In this document: positions 1 through 18,278 of the stretch, piece after piece
How positions within the stretch are numbered: the first letter of the stretch is position 1
Layout of the letters: each line of letters opens with the position of its first letter
NCBI RefSeq assembly: GCF_009914755.1
Contig: NC_060936.1
DNA length: 64,000 nucleotides
Direction: 5' to 3' (one strand)
From: the human T2T-CHM13v2.0 reference genome, Homo sapiens
Notes under the pieces: generated by a model
What the model was told of the DNA's origin: nothing
What the model saw: only the letters and a program-made list of their open reading frames with translations
Databases searched by the model: none
Position numbers and translations under genes: made by a program

Positions 1-132
1 AGTTAGGTTGTTTTTCTTCCTTATAAGCAGTGACAGTTTGAGTTTTTTTGGTAAATCTTTGAAACTATATGTCATCTATATATAAATCTATAACGATGTC
101 TTTGAATGAATCTGTGAATAACATGTTTATTT

Positions 133-430
<298 letters not shown>

Positions 431-847
431 AACATGTTTATTTTCTAAGTGTTATTTGGTAGGAGAAAGATCTCTGAGATCAAATGATACTCATGTTTTT
501 AATGCTTTTATAGAGAATATTGTTAAATTATCCTTCAGAACCGATATAACACTATGTATTTCTACTCTCTGTATGAGTTTCTGTTTACCTAAACCTTTGC
601 CAAAACTGGATATTATAGTTTTTCAAACACATTTCACATTTTACATCTGTGTTTCTCGTGTGCATCAAATATTACTTTGTTTTAAAAAATCATGTCATTG
701 CTCATTTTAAAAATTATAATATCAATCCTTTTTATAATGATTTAAAGTAATTTAATATACATACATACACACACAAACACATAGTTTTCTAGGCTATTGT
801 TTATCATTTAGTATTGTGTTATACTTTGCCTAAGTTTTTAAATTTTA

Positions 848-1217
<370 letters not shown>

Positions 1218-2734
1218 TAAGAAGAGCCTTCCTTGCTCTTTAATATTATAAATATATTGACACATTTTCTTCTTTTTTAAAAATTTTACATTTAAATTTC
1301 TTACTCACCTGGAATTTGCTTAGTATGGCATGAGGTAAAAAAAATTAATTTTTTTTGTTTTGCACTAATGATTTATCGCAGAATTAATTATTGAAAATGC
1401 TATTCTTTCTTCACGTGTATATGAAATACTAGCTTTTTATATCAGAATTATTGATTCAGCTCTTCATTTTGTTTTAAATATTGTATCTTTTAATATATTA
1501 TTTTTTAATTTGATCTTTTTATTGAAAAGTCATCAAGCACATTCTTAAAAAGAAAATAAATAATGTAAAGGATGGGAAAGTCTCTACTATGAGGCTAACT
1601 GCTATTATAGTTTCTTTATTTCATTCTAAAAATATATGGTTCATTTGCAAGCATATAGCTAATCTTCTTTTTATTACCTAGATAGAAATACACCATATAC
1701 ACAGTTGCTCTGTACCCTTTTTTACTATGTGTCACCAAATACAGATCTAACTAATTTTCTCACTTTTTACAGCTATATACTAATCCAACTTAAGAATCTA
1801 AAACAATAGTTTATTATTGTTTGAACGTGTTTTTTTTTCCAGTATTTTTTTGTCAAAAACTACCGTAATATTCTACATCCTTATCCTATTCTTTGCTAAC
1901 ATGCAATGTAGGATAAATTTCTCGAAGTGGAATTTATTGTGTCATAGACTGTGACAAGTTACAAACAATGTAAATCAGTCTTGGCTAATTTCAGAAGAGA
2001 TATTTACAGGAAATCTGGAAAACCAGGAATTAGTCTCTCACCTCCTACTGCCACTGCTTTGAATAACCTATGTTTGTTCTTCCCTAAAAATTCAAAATTT
2101 CAGGCAGGAGAATCCATCTGGACAAGGGTGTTATCTGTTCATGCTTTAGCTGCCTGGAAGTGGAGAGTAGGCTTTTTCAAGCTTTTAGGATTTTTAGTTT
2201 AAGCCAGACTCTAATGCCCATCAGTTAAGCAAGTTCTTCTAAAAGTAAGGTACTTGAATGTGGGATATCAACAAACAAGCAATACAGTTATCATTTTTGG
2301 TTGCTTAATATCTATATGCAACCCTTCTTCTCATACAAACATTTGAAGTAAACAATATAAGAGCTCTTCAACGTAGTAAATTGTAATGGTTCTACTTATA
2401 CCTGTAAATACTTTATTCATTCTCTAAGGGGAGACAACCCAAAGGCTCATAAGTTACTTCTTCCATCCAGCTTTAAATCCAGAAACTCTTAGTGTTTTCC
2501 TCTAGAAATCTCTTTTCTTCAGACTGTAATTATATTCTTATAATTACATATAAGTATAATTATATACTTATAATTAAGTGAAAAATTGAGGTACTCTCCC
2601 TAATATATTAACCTGGGTATTAAAATAAAAATATACAAGAAGTAAGTTTTTAATAAAGTGAAATAAATTCTATTTAAAATTTTATTTTAACCACATAAAA
2701 AGCTTTTATAATTTTTTAAAAAAGTATTTTATTA

Positions 2735-2878
2735 TTCTTATTGTTTGTCTCTCCCCATGAGACTGTTAGCCTCATGGGGATAGCAATATGTGTCTGCTTT
2801 GTTTACACAGTATTCTGAGCATATGAAACAATGTCTGGCACATAGTAAGTGCTTAATAAGTATTTGTTGAATGAATTG
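2735..2878 (+). mobile_element. L2 3' end
   Basis: Ends in tctggcacatagtaagtgcttaataagtatttgttgaatgaat, the L2 terminus. Confidence 0.75.
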
Positions 2879-3463
2879 TAGTAGGCTTTAAATCACTTTA
2901 ATAGTTTGTCATGCATTGATTGGAAGGTTTGTTTTTAGATTCAGTTTATTTTGATACTTGCTTTTCCTCAGTGGAAGAACAATACATGGATGAACATGGA
3001 ACAAATGCATCATTATGTACACTTAATAAATCATGATCCCTTATTTTAAAATCCCATCTGTCAGTGGTGCACATTTTTTTTGTTGAAATTTATTTATTTT
3101 CATCTTGCCCATCAATTTTTCTTGCAAAATTTGGGTCAGTGTAATATGTAAATCTGTTATATCTTTACAAAGTAGAAATAATGCAACTATAAAGGAAGAA
3201 GTAAAGAGGAAAATACAATAAACCTTTGTTGTTATAAAAGCAATAGTTGGGAGTCAAAAGATACTACTGAAAGTTGACATGCCAGATGACAAAATAAGAG
3301 AATGGGTTAAGGCATTGCAAATGTGTAAGTACCAAGGTAATCAATATAACAAAAACACAGATTTTACTAAATACCAAAAGATATAGAAAACAAAATGAAA
3401 GAACAAAGCAACACATTACATAAATTACCCCATCATGACTTTAGCTAAAACCCATAAATTTAG

Positions 3464-3767
3464 TTTTATTTTCTTTTTTTTCCCCTTCAGACAAGGTCTC
3501 AGTTTGTTGCCCAGCCTGGAGTGTGGTAGCGCAATGATGGATCACTGCATCTTCTACTTCCCAGGCTCAAGTGATTCTCCCACCTTAGCCCTCCGAGTAG
3601 CTGGGACAACAGGTGTGTGCCACCACACCTAGCCAATTTTTAAATTTTATGTAGAGATGGGGGTCTCACTATGTTGGCCAGGCAGTCTCGAACTCCTGGG
3701 ATCATGCAGTTCACCCACCTCAGCTTCCCAAAGTGATGGGATTACAGGTGTGAGCCTCTGTGCCCAG
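3464..3767 (-). mobile_element. Alu (AluJ-like)
   Basis: Diverged antisense Alu dimer. Confidence 0.9.
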
Positions 3768-3789
3768 AAAATTTAATTTTCGTACTGAA

Positions 3790-5580
<1,791 letters not shown>

Positions 5581-5583
5581 TAA

Positions 5584-5990
<407 letters not shown>

Positions 5991-8096
5991 AAAGAGTTTT
6001 AATATGTGACATTTGCACAGTATTTTCAGTCACAAAGGCACATGGTAGAGAGAAAATACTTTTTAAAAAACACCCTTTAAAAAATGTTCCATATTGCGTG
6101 AATTTCTTTTAAAAGTAATTACTTTCTATTTATTGTTAGAATTTCACCTTTATTGTAACGGGTAGATTGTCTTTATTGCCTTGTTTTCTAAATTATCTGC
6201 TAGGTAAGATATTGCTCATCATCTAATGTTATCACAGGAAAGTTAGTAAAGTTGGGCTTTTGAGAAGTAAGGCATATAACTCTTCTCAAGATTGGCATCA
6301 CTTATAAATAAGCTTCAAGAGTACTTACACCACCAAGAAACACTGTGTGGTAAAGAAAAAAAAATTTTTTTTCGTGAGTCAATTCATTATGTGATCATAA
6401 AAGTCACAAAGTAAATTTTGCTGTATGTCTAAAACCTTGTTTACTACATTGAAATCATCTTGTAACACTTTTGGCATTGCCGACTTTCAACTTCTTTGCC
6501 ACGTTCGTCTGCCTGTGAATGACATAATAAATGATTTTCACATGTCTAATCTTACCCCGTAATCTTCCCTTCTTTTCCCCTTCCTTTTTCCTTTTCTTTT
6601 CCCGCTATCCTCTCCCCTCATTTTCTTTTCTTTTCCAATTAAAGCACCTGCTTATTCATTGTGGCTTTAAGTAGAATTAACATGTTTTTCTGAAAGTCTT
6701 TTTTTCTAAAAAAAAATTATTTGCTTATGAGAACATATCTTCCATGTTAGAGCTTTCCTTTAATGACTCACTAAAAAGTAGTTCTTTGTGAATTTTGTTT
6801 TTGAAAGAGAATCTAGTAAATACCATAAGCTCAGACATGTTAGAAACATCTGTACTTGAATTCAGCTATATAGAAACCTCCCACACAGTGTAATTTGCTC
6901 TAATCCTTGTTTCTTCAACTCTTCAGTAGTGTTTTCTTATCATTTTCCAACAGTATTTTTTTTGCCATATCTTCCATGTATTAATTTAGCCACTTTTATC
7001 ATGAGAAAATGAAAACATTTGTCTTCAGTGATACAGAAGTTAGCTTCTGAAATGACTGGTAAATATTTATCAGTATCCTTGCTTGAAATAATATTTCATT
7101 TTAAACTTTAACAAAGTACTTCAAATTCTGGATACTTAGTTGTAAGCATATTGCAAAGCATCACGTAACAAAAAGTACAGCATTAACCTAGGACAAGGTT
7201 AATCATTGTGGGGGCATGTAAATTTATAGTTTAGATCTTCTTTTGGTAATATAGAAATCTTTTGGCCTACTTCTTTCATATCTTATTGCATTTTCATTGT
7301 TTTTATTGCATAGTATGGTTGACAATAGGTTCAGGTGAGAAGCGTCTACTCTGCCACTTTATTGTTTAGTTTTGTTTGCATTATTCAAACTGGTTTCTTT
7401 GGAGGAATCTATTAAATTTAGTTGTCCTTTTTGTGAGAGATGGTTTAATTAAAGTTAGATAATACATCTTTAAGTTGACTTAACCTAGACACACGCAGAC
7501 ATTAGTAAATAGAAAATAACGAATGAGTAAAGGTTCCACTTGTCAAAAGCTAACAAATGAGTGACGGTTCCTCTCTTATGCATTCCACTTTGTCTGAAGT
7601 AGGATGAGTAACATATGGAGTGCCTGATATATGAAGAGAGGGAGAGAGGAGACAGTGTCAATGCATAAATTAAATGTCTTTCCCTATTGGAGTATCTTAT
7701 GTGTGTGCCCCACTTTGAAGGACATTTCTTCTACAGAAGCAAGTACTGTTGTGGCTGAAGTTGGCTTGTGAAGTCCTGAGAAGGCCTGTACTGGAAAAAG
7801 GAGTTACATTGGAAATTCTCTGAATTGCACAACAAAGGAGTCATAGGAGAGATCCAAAAGTAGAAGTATTCTGAGATTCTTCATTAATTAAATTTTTTTT
7901 CCAGCAAAGCATGCGGCTTCATTTTATTAAATTCCCTTTGGCATCCTTTGTTTACATAATGTCATTTTTCTTTGATCTACAGATGAGTTTAATTGTTATG
8001 AAATTTTCAATATTGAACTATCACTGGACTTCCACAATAAAATCTTATAGTCTTGGGTTGTGGTGGTTGTGTTTAATGAGTAAATTAGTTTTTCTA

Positions 8097-8134
8097 GTGT
8101 GTGCGTGTGTGTGCGTGTGTGTGTGTGTGTGTGT
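8097..8134. repeat. (TG)n microsatellite
   Basis: gtgtgtgcgtgtgtgtgcgtgtgt... tract. Confidence 0.95.
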
Positions 8135-9239
8135 CTGTATGTAGTCTTTTTTTTAACTGCAACTTTTATGAAGTTTATCAGGGTTTTACTGGATTACGAT
8201 TTTCAGCATAGCTTCCAATCTTTTTCTATAGTTGGAAACATTTTACATAGCAATGGAAATGTCTGTTCTTGGAAAGTTTGAAATAATTGACTACTGGTTT
8301 TTTGATGTTAAAAAAATTTTTAAATTGTGAAATATATCATGCACACACAAAAAAGCTTAATACATCATCTAAACCCCCACCTCCAAAAAATTTAACCTTA
8401 CTAATACCTTTGAAGCCTCTGTAGAATGGCAGACTTTAGCTTGTCCTCTAGGTGATAATCATTATGTTGCTTTTCTTTGTCACTTACTACATACTTGTCT
8501 GTTGCTACAAATATATTCGATTTTTTGCATGCTTATGATCTTCATATAAGTGGAATTATAATGTATTCTTCTGAAATGATTTTCTTTTACTTACCATTTT
8601 GTTGTTGATGGCTGTTTGTATGGGTCCATTTCAGTTTGTTAATTTTTACTGCCATATAGTATTTTATTGCCTCAATATGCCACAGTATTTTTATCTATGC
8701 TTTCCTTTATGGATGTTTGTGTTGTTTCCAGTTGGTTTTATTTTAGGGTGTATGCCTCAGAGTGGATTTGCTGCATGATAGGATAGTCTTTATTTTCTCC
8801 TTTTTTCTGTATATTTATATTTGCTGTCATTTTTATTTCCCTATGGTGATTTTGAAAGTAATGATCCTGACTTTAATTTTTGTGTTAGGCACTTGAAAAA
8901 AATTAGAAAACAGCTGATAACCTATTTACCTTAATATTAACTGTGAGAATAAACCTTTTGTTCAGTCTTCCTATACAAGTAACATACAGAGTAGAGCTTT
9001 AATTCTTACTAGTTTTCTTCTCCCATTTATGTGGAAAAGTTCTTGAAAATTCAGATGAGGAGTATTGTTTTCAAATTATTTTAATAGTTTTATATCTTTA
9101 TATTCTTAATTACCAATCACAATTGCTTTCTCTTGTGTATATATAATGGTTATTATTGAGACTAATATCTGAGTTTACTTTCTGTACCTATTATTAGTCA
9201 TCTGTATTGCTACCTAACCATTCCGACATTTTAAAAAAT

Positions 9240-9590
9240 TTTCCAGCTTTATTGAGGTACAATTGACTAATAAAATTGTATGATTTTAAGGTGTACAACA
9301 TGATGGTTTGGTATACATGTTTTGTGAAATGATTACCACAGTTAAGTTAGTTTAACACATCTATCACCTTACCTAGTTACCCTTTTTGTTTTGTGGTGAG
9401 AACATCTAAGCAAATTTCAAATAAAGTATACAATTCAGTATTGTTACCTAAAATCCCCATCCTGTATATTAGATCTTCTGAACTTATTCATATTGTAGCT
9501 GAATGTTTGTACCCATTGACCAGCATCTCCCTTTTTCCCCTACCACTTTCCCCCTTGGTAATCACCATTCTGTTCTGTGTTTCTAACCAT
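9240..9590 (-). mobile_element. L1MA/MB 3' fragment
   Basis: tttattgaggtacaattgac...gaaatgattaccaca...ggtaatcaccattct is the antisense L1M 3' UTR. Confidence 0.75.
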
Positions 9591-12346
9591 TTCTTAATTT
9601 TGTTTCATCTATCAGACTGTTTGTTTGTTTGTTTTTGTCTAGAGAGCCATGTGGCTTTATTCTTTCTGAGTCTGCATATCTGAAAATGAATTTCTGTTGT
9701 CTTAGGTGAGAAACATAATTGGGTAGGAAACTCCTGTGAAATAACCTTTCTTCTCAAACTCTGTTCATTATCTTCTGGCAATTAATTTTTGGAGAGAAAT
9801 CAGAGCCTGATTCAAATGTTCTGTGTAATTTTTTTTTTTTGGTGGGGGCGAGATGGTGGTTCTGGATAGTTCTAAGAATCTTCTCTATTTTTGAAGCTTA
9901 AATCTTTGATCAAGATGTATCTGAGTATTTTTCAATTTTCTTTACATTTTGCCTGGTGACCCATGTACCCGGACACCCTAGCCCCAGGGAACTTTTTGAT
10001 GTTTACATCCTTTCATGCCTTTCAGTTAAAGACATTCTTCTATTACATCAATGATTATTGCTTCTGTTTCATTTATTCCGGTCTCTCCTATAGGACTACT
10101 GGTTTTAAAATTTTTTCTGTGTTTGAGCTTTTATTTATCATACATATCTTTCATTTTTGTCCACCACTTATTTCCATTAGTTTATTTCCTTTCCATATAG
10201 AACAGTTTCTCAGGCTTACTTTGTACATTACCGATGTGATCTACATTGTCAAATTTACTCTTTAATGCTCTCTCATATCTCTCTGTTTTTCTCTCTCTTT
10301 TGGAAATCCTGGAAGAGAAACTTTATTATTTTTATGGTTTCCAAGCTACTGTACTGGATTTTTTTGCCTAGTGTTTTCATCTTGAAGTTATCACATCAGT
10401 GTAGGTCCCTGTCACCGGATGACACCAGTCATTCCGTGCTGGTGCTTCTCATAGTTGCTTCACATCCCCTTGGTCTTTGGACTCATTTTGACAAAGAAGT
10501 TACAAGTTGAAGTTTATAAAGGACCTTGCTTTCTTGGAAAACCAACTATTTCAACCCAACTTTCAATAAATCTTTTAAAAAATAGTTGTTACTCTCTGGG
10601 TCCCCTTTTGAAACACACCATCACTTTCTGTAGCTCCTCAGGAGCTAAGGGAAATCCAAATTGAACTTGCCTTTTTAAGTGTTTGGGCCTAGGATCCACC
10701 AGACCATATTACTTTCTCAAGATGTGTTTTGTAAGTTGGCCTTGTGAATCCTTGAAGTTGCTTTAAATGTATCAGAATTTATGAAAGTTTTTAACTGAGA
10801 AATTATGCTAATACCTCTTTATTTTTCTCTCTAAAGTTTATTGTAATTGGATTTAAAGGGAGAAGTGAATATGAGTCCTTGCCCTATCATCTTTTTTTGT
10901 AACATTTCAAAAGGTTTTGTTAATATGGAAGTGTTTCTGTCATACAGAGTTAATTTTTTTTCCTTGATCCAAGAATAGTCAAGAGTTTTCTTGATTGGTA
11001 GTGGTGGTGGTTATTGTTTCAGTTTATAAGTGTTCTACCAAAATATTTACAGATGAGGTTATATGATATCTGAGAATTGCTTTAAAAAAATCTGAGAGAG
11101 ATTTGGTTGTCAAGATGGGTAACTGTGGTTGTGATAAAACAAGATTGACCATAAATTGATATCTATTGATAGATACTATTGTGCTAGTCTTTATAGTTTT
11201 GCCTATGGGTTTGGAATTTCACATAAGAAAAAATTAGTTCTAATTTTACAAGAATTTGATTTCTTCTAAGAAAAAAATTTCTTGAATTGCATTGTGGTTA
11301 GAAAATGTGCCCTATATAACATATAATCTTAAATTTATTGTAGTTTTCTGTGTGAATTGATACATGATCAGTTTTAAAATTTCCATTAAGATTCTAAAAG
11401 GAAGTCATTATGTGTCCAATACCATCTTGGTGATGATATTCAAGTCTTCTGTAACCTAATTTATTTCTTTGTCTACTTAATCTGTCAGATATTGTAAGAG
11501 ATACATTAAATTTCCCCAAAGTCACTGTAATAGTGCTGATATTATTTGATGCTGTTTTGAATGAACTCTTTTTCCCCCATTATATTGGTCACATTTAAGC
11601 TTTCTGGATTACAATATTTCACTAGTTTTGAGTTAAATATGTAATGTACTAGGCAGATTACTATAGGAGCTCAGCAAATATTTGTTTGAATAATATGTTA
11701 ACTGTTCAAAGTTATGTCATCGATTTTTGAGGAGAAAGATGTGCAGTCTAGCATTTGTAGTTTAATGGGTGAACACAGTAGATCTGTTGATATGTAAACT
11801 CAAGGTCATGTTAGGGAATTAAATCAGAACACTTGCACTTTGAAATGTAACTTTGTGTTTTAGCTGTGTTCTCTGGTTTGTTAATACTTTTTAGTTTTTA
11901 GAAGTATAACTGAAAAACCAAACAAACTGACCTTGTGCTTATTTATTGAGAGGGTGCCAAAATCTTTTTGCATCTCAGTTGGAAATATTTAATAATGGCA
12001 GTGAGAACAAGTACTGGTCTTCAAGCCAGGGAAATAAAAATTTCAAAATCATAACAGCCTAAATCATAAATTTCTGGGGATTGGAATTGTGCAAAGAATC
12101 TGTTTGGAAGAATACTGTTAGACTATTACAAGGGACCAGAAATGATGTATTTTTAAAACCTAATGAAACTTTGAATTATATGGGGTTTTATATATATAAT
12201 ATATATGGTTTATTATGAGTATATAGTGTTGTCAGTTCACTCCACATCTCTTACGTTCCATTTTGGGTGTTCTGGGAGGGACGAGTTCCTGTTTATAGCC
12301 TTTCTTTACTAACAATGTTGCTTTCTCTCCCGGCCGTTATTAAAAA

Positions 12347-12361
12347 TGTGTGTTTGCGTGC

Positions 12362-12392
<31 letters not shown>

Positions 12393-12402
12393 TGTGTGTG
12401 TG
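12347..12402. repeat. (TG)n microsatellite replacing an Alu tail
   Basis: TG tract abuts the 3' end of the antisense Alu. Confidence 0.93.
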
Positions 12403-12688
12403 TTGAGACGAAGTTTTGCCCTATCGTCCAGGCAGCTGGAGTGCAGTGGCACAATCTTGGCTCACTGTAACCTCGGCCTCCCAGATTCAAACAATTCTTG
12501 TACTTCAGCCACCTGAGTAGCTGGGATTACAGGCGTGCGCCACCACATCCAGCTAATTTTTGTATTTCTTAGTAGAGATGGCGTTTTGCTGTGTTGGCCA
12601 TGCTGGCCTCGAACTCTTGGCCTCAAGAGATACTCCCACCTCACCTCCCAAAGTGCTGGGATTACAGGCGTGAGCCACTGCACCCACC
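12403..12688 (-). mobile_element. Alu (AluJ/S)
   Basis: Antisense Alu dimer. Confidence 0.9.
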
Positions 12689-14552
12689 CTAAAAAACACG
12701 TAAATTTTAAATCTACTGTACTAAATGATAACAACTTATGAAGAGCATCCTAAACCTGTTATTTAATGGTCTTCATTGTTATTTTGATTAGATAACAATT
12801 ATTTTATAAAGATTATTTATCTGTAGTCTGTTTTAACCATTCCACAATGAGTTCAAACAATTCTAAAAGATTGTACTATGTAAAATACCTTTATGAATAC
12901 TATTATATCCAAGTGATTTTGTGTGACATATATTATCCTTCATTTGCAGTAAAGATGCCACATAAATTTTGAGCACCTGTTTTTCCAGTGTACTTTTTAT
13001 GTCTACATTTATATATATTTTTCTTTCTGTGATACCTGCTTTAGCAATTTAAAAAGAATGAGCTTGATTCATTTACCTACTTAAGTTTGTTGTGGGTTTA
13101 TGCTAGAGAATGACTGCCCCTTCTTAATCATCTTTTTGTTCTGTTTTGTGTTCTTAGACTGTAAATTCTGTCTGCAAGGGACATACTCAGAGTCAGGTTG
13201 AAATGTGTACACTTGCCTACCATTTTCAATGCTCAAGGATTATATCTGTGTATATGTCTCTGCTTCAGTATGTTTTATCTACAACCATAAAGAAAAATAT
13301 TGGATTCATTATCTATCAAGCTACCTGCTAGGAAAGAGTTTCTTGCTCAAATTAGGCTTATGTGGGGAACTTGGAAGTAATGGAAAGGGACAGTTTAATT
13401 CTTTTCCAGGTTCAAGGATGTGAATTATTGTGTCTTGTAAAGCTGGAAGGGGAAAATGAGGAATGATAATGATTTTTCATGTCATTAGTTTTTATATTTA
13501 TAAAATTATAGCTTCCATTCATCCCTCTTTGAAATTTAAGGTTTGGTACTAAAAATAATACTTCCAGGATACTCTTACATGTTCATTGATACCCACCTCC
13601 CTTACCTCAGCTGTCTTAAAAAAGCAGAGGGTAGGTAGCTGCCAAGCTTTTAAGTAGCTCCAAATGGACTAAGCACCTGCCTAGATCAGGAATGGTAGAA
13701 GGATTGATCTGTAAAATAATCACATGTAGAACTTTTCTTTGGTAAATGTAAGTCATTATATATCAATCAGTTTAACTTCTTATCTGTGAAGCATAGTAAC
13801 AGCTATGTTAGAATAGTGTTGTGTTTGACATGGTTTCGACCAGTTGTTTCCCTGTTTTAAAATCACATCTTACTTGGAAATCTTACTATAAACTGGTAGA
13901 TGATGAGGTATTATGAATTTGAAAATTCAATCCTAGTTAATATTAAGATTGATTATACTCAGTAATGGTGATACAGTGGGGGGATACACTGTCTTATAAA
14001 TTGGTCAAAATGTATTAGGCATAGTACTTTTGGATTGCAGTTTGGCTATATTGATGTTTAAAATGATCATACCTTTCTAATATCAAGAGAAAATATTCAA
14101 ACAAGTGTACAGATTAAGTTTATTACCAAAAAACAAAACTGAAAATACCCTAAATGTATTGCTAGAGAACTATTTAAATTTATAATGTATCAATAGGATC
14201 AAATGCTATACAAAAGAATGTTACAAAAGAATGAGGTAGTGCAGTATGTATTGGTATATTTAGACCTCTAAAATATATTATTAAATAAAGATATTCTCAG
14301 AAAATATACTCAGGTTTGCACATGAACCTGTTGTTATTGCTGATAAGTGAATTTGTAGAGGTCAAGGGTTACAGAATCTTCTAATTTTCATATTGTTTTT
14401 ATAATGACCATGTATAATTTTTACAAATAAATAAAGGTACTATTCATCTACATGTAGTTGTCATCTGATATTCCCTATTTTTATATTGTTATTTGAATAG
14501 TGGTATGGTCTTTTCTGAAAATATAAAAATACTTTTAGAACCATTGCATTGA

Positions 14553-14880
<328 letters not shown>

Positions 14881-15042
14881 TTACTCTAAACTGGAGTTAC
14901 TGTTCTAATATAAGAGGTTTATGGTATTTTTATTAATTTTTTTAGATTATTGTTTAGAAAAGGAAAACAAATATGTGGTGAGAGTTAAAAATAAGATATA
15001 AATCTATTTTTAAATGTTTGCTGTGCTGTTTTTCTGTTTCAG

Positions 15043-15176
15043 TTACCTAGAAAAGTACGAGAAAGTTCATCATTTTGGGGAGGATGATGATGAGGTACCA
15101 CCAGGCAATCCAAAGCCACAGCTTCCTATTGGTGCAATTCCATCTTCCTACAATTACCAGCAACACAGTGTGTCGG
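15043..15176 (+). CDS. ARID2: ARID2 coding exon 4 (134 nt; end of ARID domain, [28 protein letters not shown]...HSVS)
   Basis: tttctgtttcag| acceptor and |gtaaat donor; phase 2 to 1; peptide recognised as ARID2 and joins the next exon in frame (G|AT = Asp). Confidence 0.96.
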
Positions 15177-17991
15177 GTAAATATCACTGCAAATTAACAG
15201 GATATATGTCCGCAGTTTTGAATTAGGAAAATAGACATCATCCAATGAGTTAGTCCCTTCCTTTGCACATGAGAACACTTAAGGCCTTAAGGTAATGCAG
15301 CTTTCAAAGATTGACATCTAATTGGTATCAGAGCCCTTTCTCTCACAGGTTACTTGAGAATTTTAGTTGCAGGAATTTTTAGTTATAAAACACTTTCACT
15401 TCCAAGTAATGATTTTTCCTTATTGCTCTAACTAATGATCAGTTTATCCTAAATAGTCACTAAAATAAGAAGAGGAAGATCCTGTTAGGATTCAGGAGAC
15501 CAAGAATTTTCTTATAGAGTCTATTAGATTTTCTAACATTAATGGGATTTCCAGCATCAGAATTCTCAGAAATGTTTCTGATTATTCTATTTTCCTGCCA
15601 TGGTAGCAGGAAGATTTTTTTTTCACTTGTCATGCTTGTAATGGTTATAGAGGAATCCACAGCTTGAAAAAAATCAAGTTGGAAAAAAATCAGCGCGAGT
15701 GTTGATACTCTCTTGAGTGGAGTAGACGGGCTCCAGTTTTCAGTGGCTCTGGAGGTCAGGACTGTGATGACTAGGAAGAGAGGTCTAAGGAGATACACAT
15801 CTTTGTTTTTCCACTCACTAACATTTGGCCTAAAAAAAAAAAGAGATACTTGTTTTTCAAGCTATGTTCTTTATAAAAATTATAATTATTCTAAATATTT
15901 ATTATCATTATTATTATTTACTGGTACTAGTTCTATACTCTTACAGGTTATCCTTAGATTTATACTGTCTCATTTGTGGACTATCATCAGTATCATCAAC
16001 TTTTTTTTCGTATTATCTATTTTCAAAGTTTCTTAAAAGTTGAATTTGACTTCATATTTCTTCCCTAATCAGTAATGACTGAAGAAATAGAATCTTCTTT
16101 TAGAATCTGCGATCTCCATTAGAAGAGGCTTCATCTGATGCTTTTGTATAATTGGGGTAGGGGTGAAGCAGGGAGTGCCAACAAAACCTAGCTTTGTTTT
16201 TAATGAATAGTTTTTACTGCAAGAACCAAGAGTAAAGGAGAATATTTTAAGTCACCTTTAGAAATGCTTGCTAATAGTTTATGCTGATAAGATAAAATGG
16301 GGTGACTTGTTAGGTGATGTGCTCCTTGTTTCTAAAAAGAGCTAATGACCATTATCTAATTCAAGGATGTTAAAAAAGATACTCCTACATCGAATGAGAT
16401 GTTGTGCTAATGACCTTTAAAGATCATTTTCAACTTACAACTCTGTGTGATCCCTGTATTACAATAATAGCAGAGCTATTAATCCTTGTAACTTAAACAG
16501 ACTTTGGTGTCCGCTACTACTGTTCCCAAACAAACACTTTTCTATGTTTGGTCTTGTTTAAAATAGATTTTTTTCCTGAATCTGTTTTTTCCCATTTTCT
16601 ATTGATCTGCTTTGAGAAAGATCATGTGAAATATTTTTGGTATTTCGGAAGCCTATAATGAAAGTTACTGATAGAGCTACACAGGTTAAAGGAGTGATAG
16701 AATTGCTTAACCTGTTGTTAAAACAACCCTTTTCTGATATGCTATTATATGTGTGATTTGTTTTAAGAGAATCTGAACAGTTACATTTTATGTGTAACAT
16801 GTGTAATGAAGTCAGGATTGGAGATTCATGAAGAGGAAGAAACTGGGAACTGATGGGGAACATCAGATTACAGAATATCTAGTTCATACTGAAAAGGGGT
16901 AGAATTTCAGGGCAGCATTTATACTTTATGTTTTTCTAGAAAGAGCCATAGCAACATCATGACAGTATTCTAAAAATTGACATGATTATCAATATATAAA
17001 GCAAATAAGTCATTAATTTTTCTTTTAATGTGTTATTAAGGAAAATAGAATAAGCTCCGTGTGTGTGTGCGTGCATGTGTTCTAAAAAAAAAAAAAAACC
17101 ACCAAAATGAAATTATCTAATATTAGATTGAGAGTATTTAAAGAAATTTACTTAGAACTTTGAGAAGATATGTATTTACATATTTGATCATACAGCCTTA
17201 TTCCCCTTGTAGCTTTGAATAAATGTATTTATCCAGAGATACTTTTATTGTTGACATTAAGAAAAGCTGTTCTAAAATATTTTGAATGGTAGTATAATAA
17301 ATTTCAGTGGTCAGTAGTGCTAGAATATAGAACATCGTACACTGATAGAATGTGGGCCTGAATTTGCCTTTGAGGATATTGACTACTTTTGGCCAATAAC
17401 TTTAAGTGGCAAAAAAAAATATTGTGGGTTTTGTTGCTTTAAGCTTTAAGATTCTTCAACATTGGCATCAAGTACATGGTGGTTTTTATCATTCATTTGC
17501 ATAGGTTTTCATACTGTTTTTGACATTACATACCTAATACTTCAGTTTCCTTCTTTCTCTGTTTTTTTCCTTGGTATTGATTGGATATAATCATTTCTGC
17601 AGAATTATTAGGTGGATTATTATTATTATGATGATTTAATCCAACTCAATCATTTTAATAAAGTGAAGCCAAGTACCCGGTCCATTTGCATTTTTGGTAC
17701 TTAAATTTTCGGTTTCAAGAAGGAAGATATAAAAATTTTTTATTAGCTATATTTGAGTAAAGATTTTCTTTAAGCATTGCATATTCTAACAAGACATTTG
17801 GACTACAACAATCACTGCCAATATAGATGGATAGAATATATTGTAGAATTTCTACAGTGTACATAAACAGCACTCCAGGAACAACTCTCCCTTTCTTCTA
17901 AATTGAAAACAAAGAGAAGTGACTGCCTCAGATTAAATTTGTCAGTAGTGACCCACTTGTATAAATTTTGAATCAAGAATGTTGAAAATAT

Positions 17992-18278
17992 GGACGGGCG
18001 CGGTGTCTCACACCTGTAATTCCAGCACTTTGAGAGACCAAGGCTGGTGGATCACCTGAGGTCAGGAGTTTGAGACCAGCCTGGCCAACATGGTGAAACC
18101 CTGTTTCTACTAAAAATACAAAAATTGGCCAGGTGTGGTGTCGCATGCCTGTAATCCCAGCTACTCAGGAGGCTGAGGCAGGAGAATTGCTTGAACCCAG
18201 GAGGCGGAGGTTATAGTGAGCCGAAATCCACAGCACTCCAGTAGCCTAGGCGACAGAGCAAAACTCCATCTCAAAAAA
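17992..18278 (+). mobile_element. Alu (AluS-like)
   Basis: Sense Alu dimer. Confidence 0.92.

Noticed and set aside
2752-2780. 10-bp perfect hairpin TCCCCATGAG-9nt-CTCATGGGGA
   Set aside because: Lies within an L2 remnant and is too short for a pre-miRNA.
15460-16863. 100+ aa ORFs in intron 4 (15460, 15713, 16558)
   Set aside because: F/L/I/S-rich composition typical of AT-rich non-coding DNA; no recognisable homology or exon structure.
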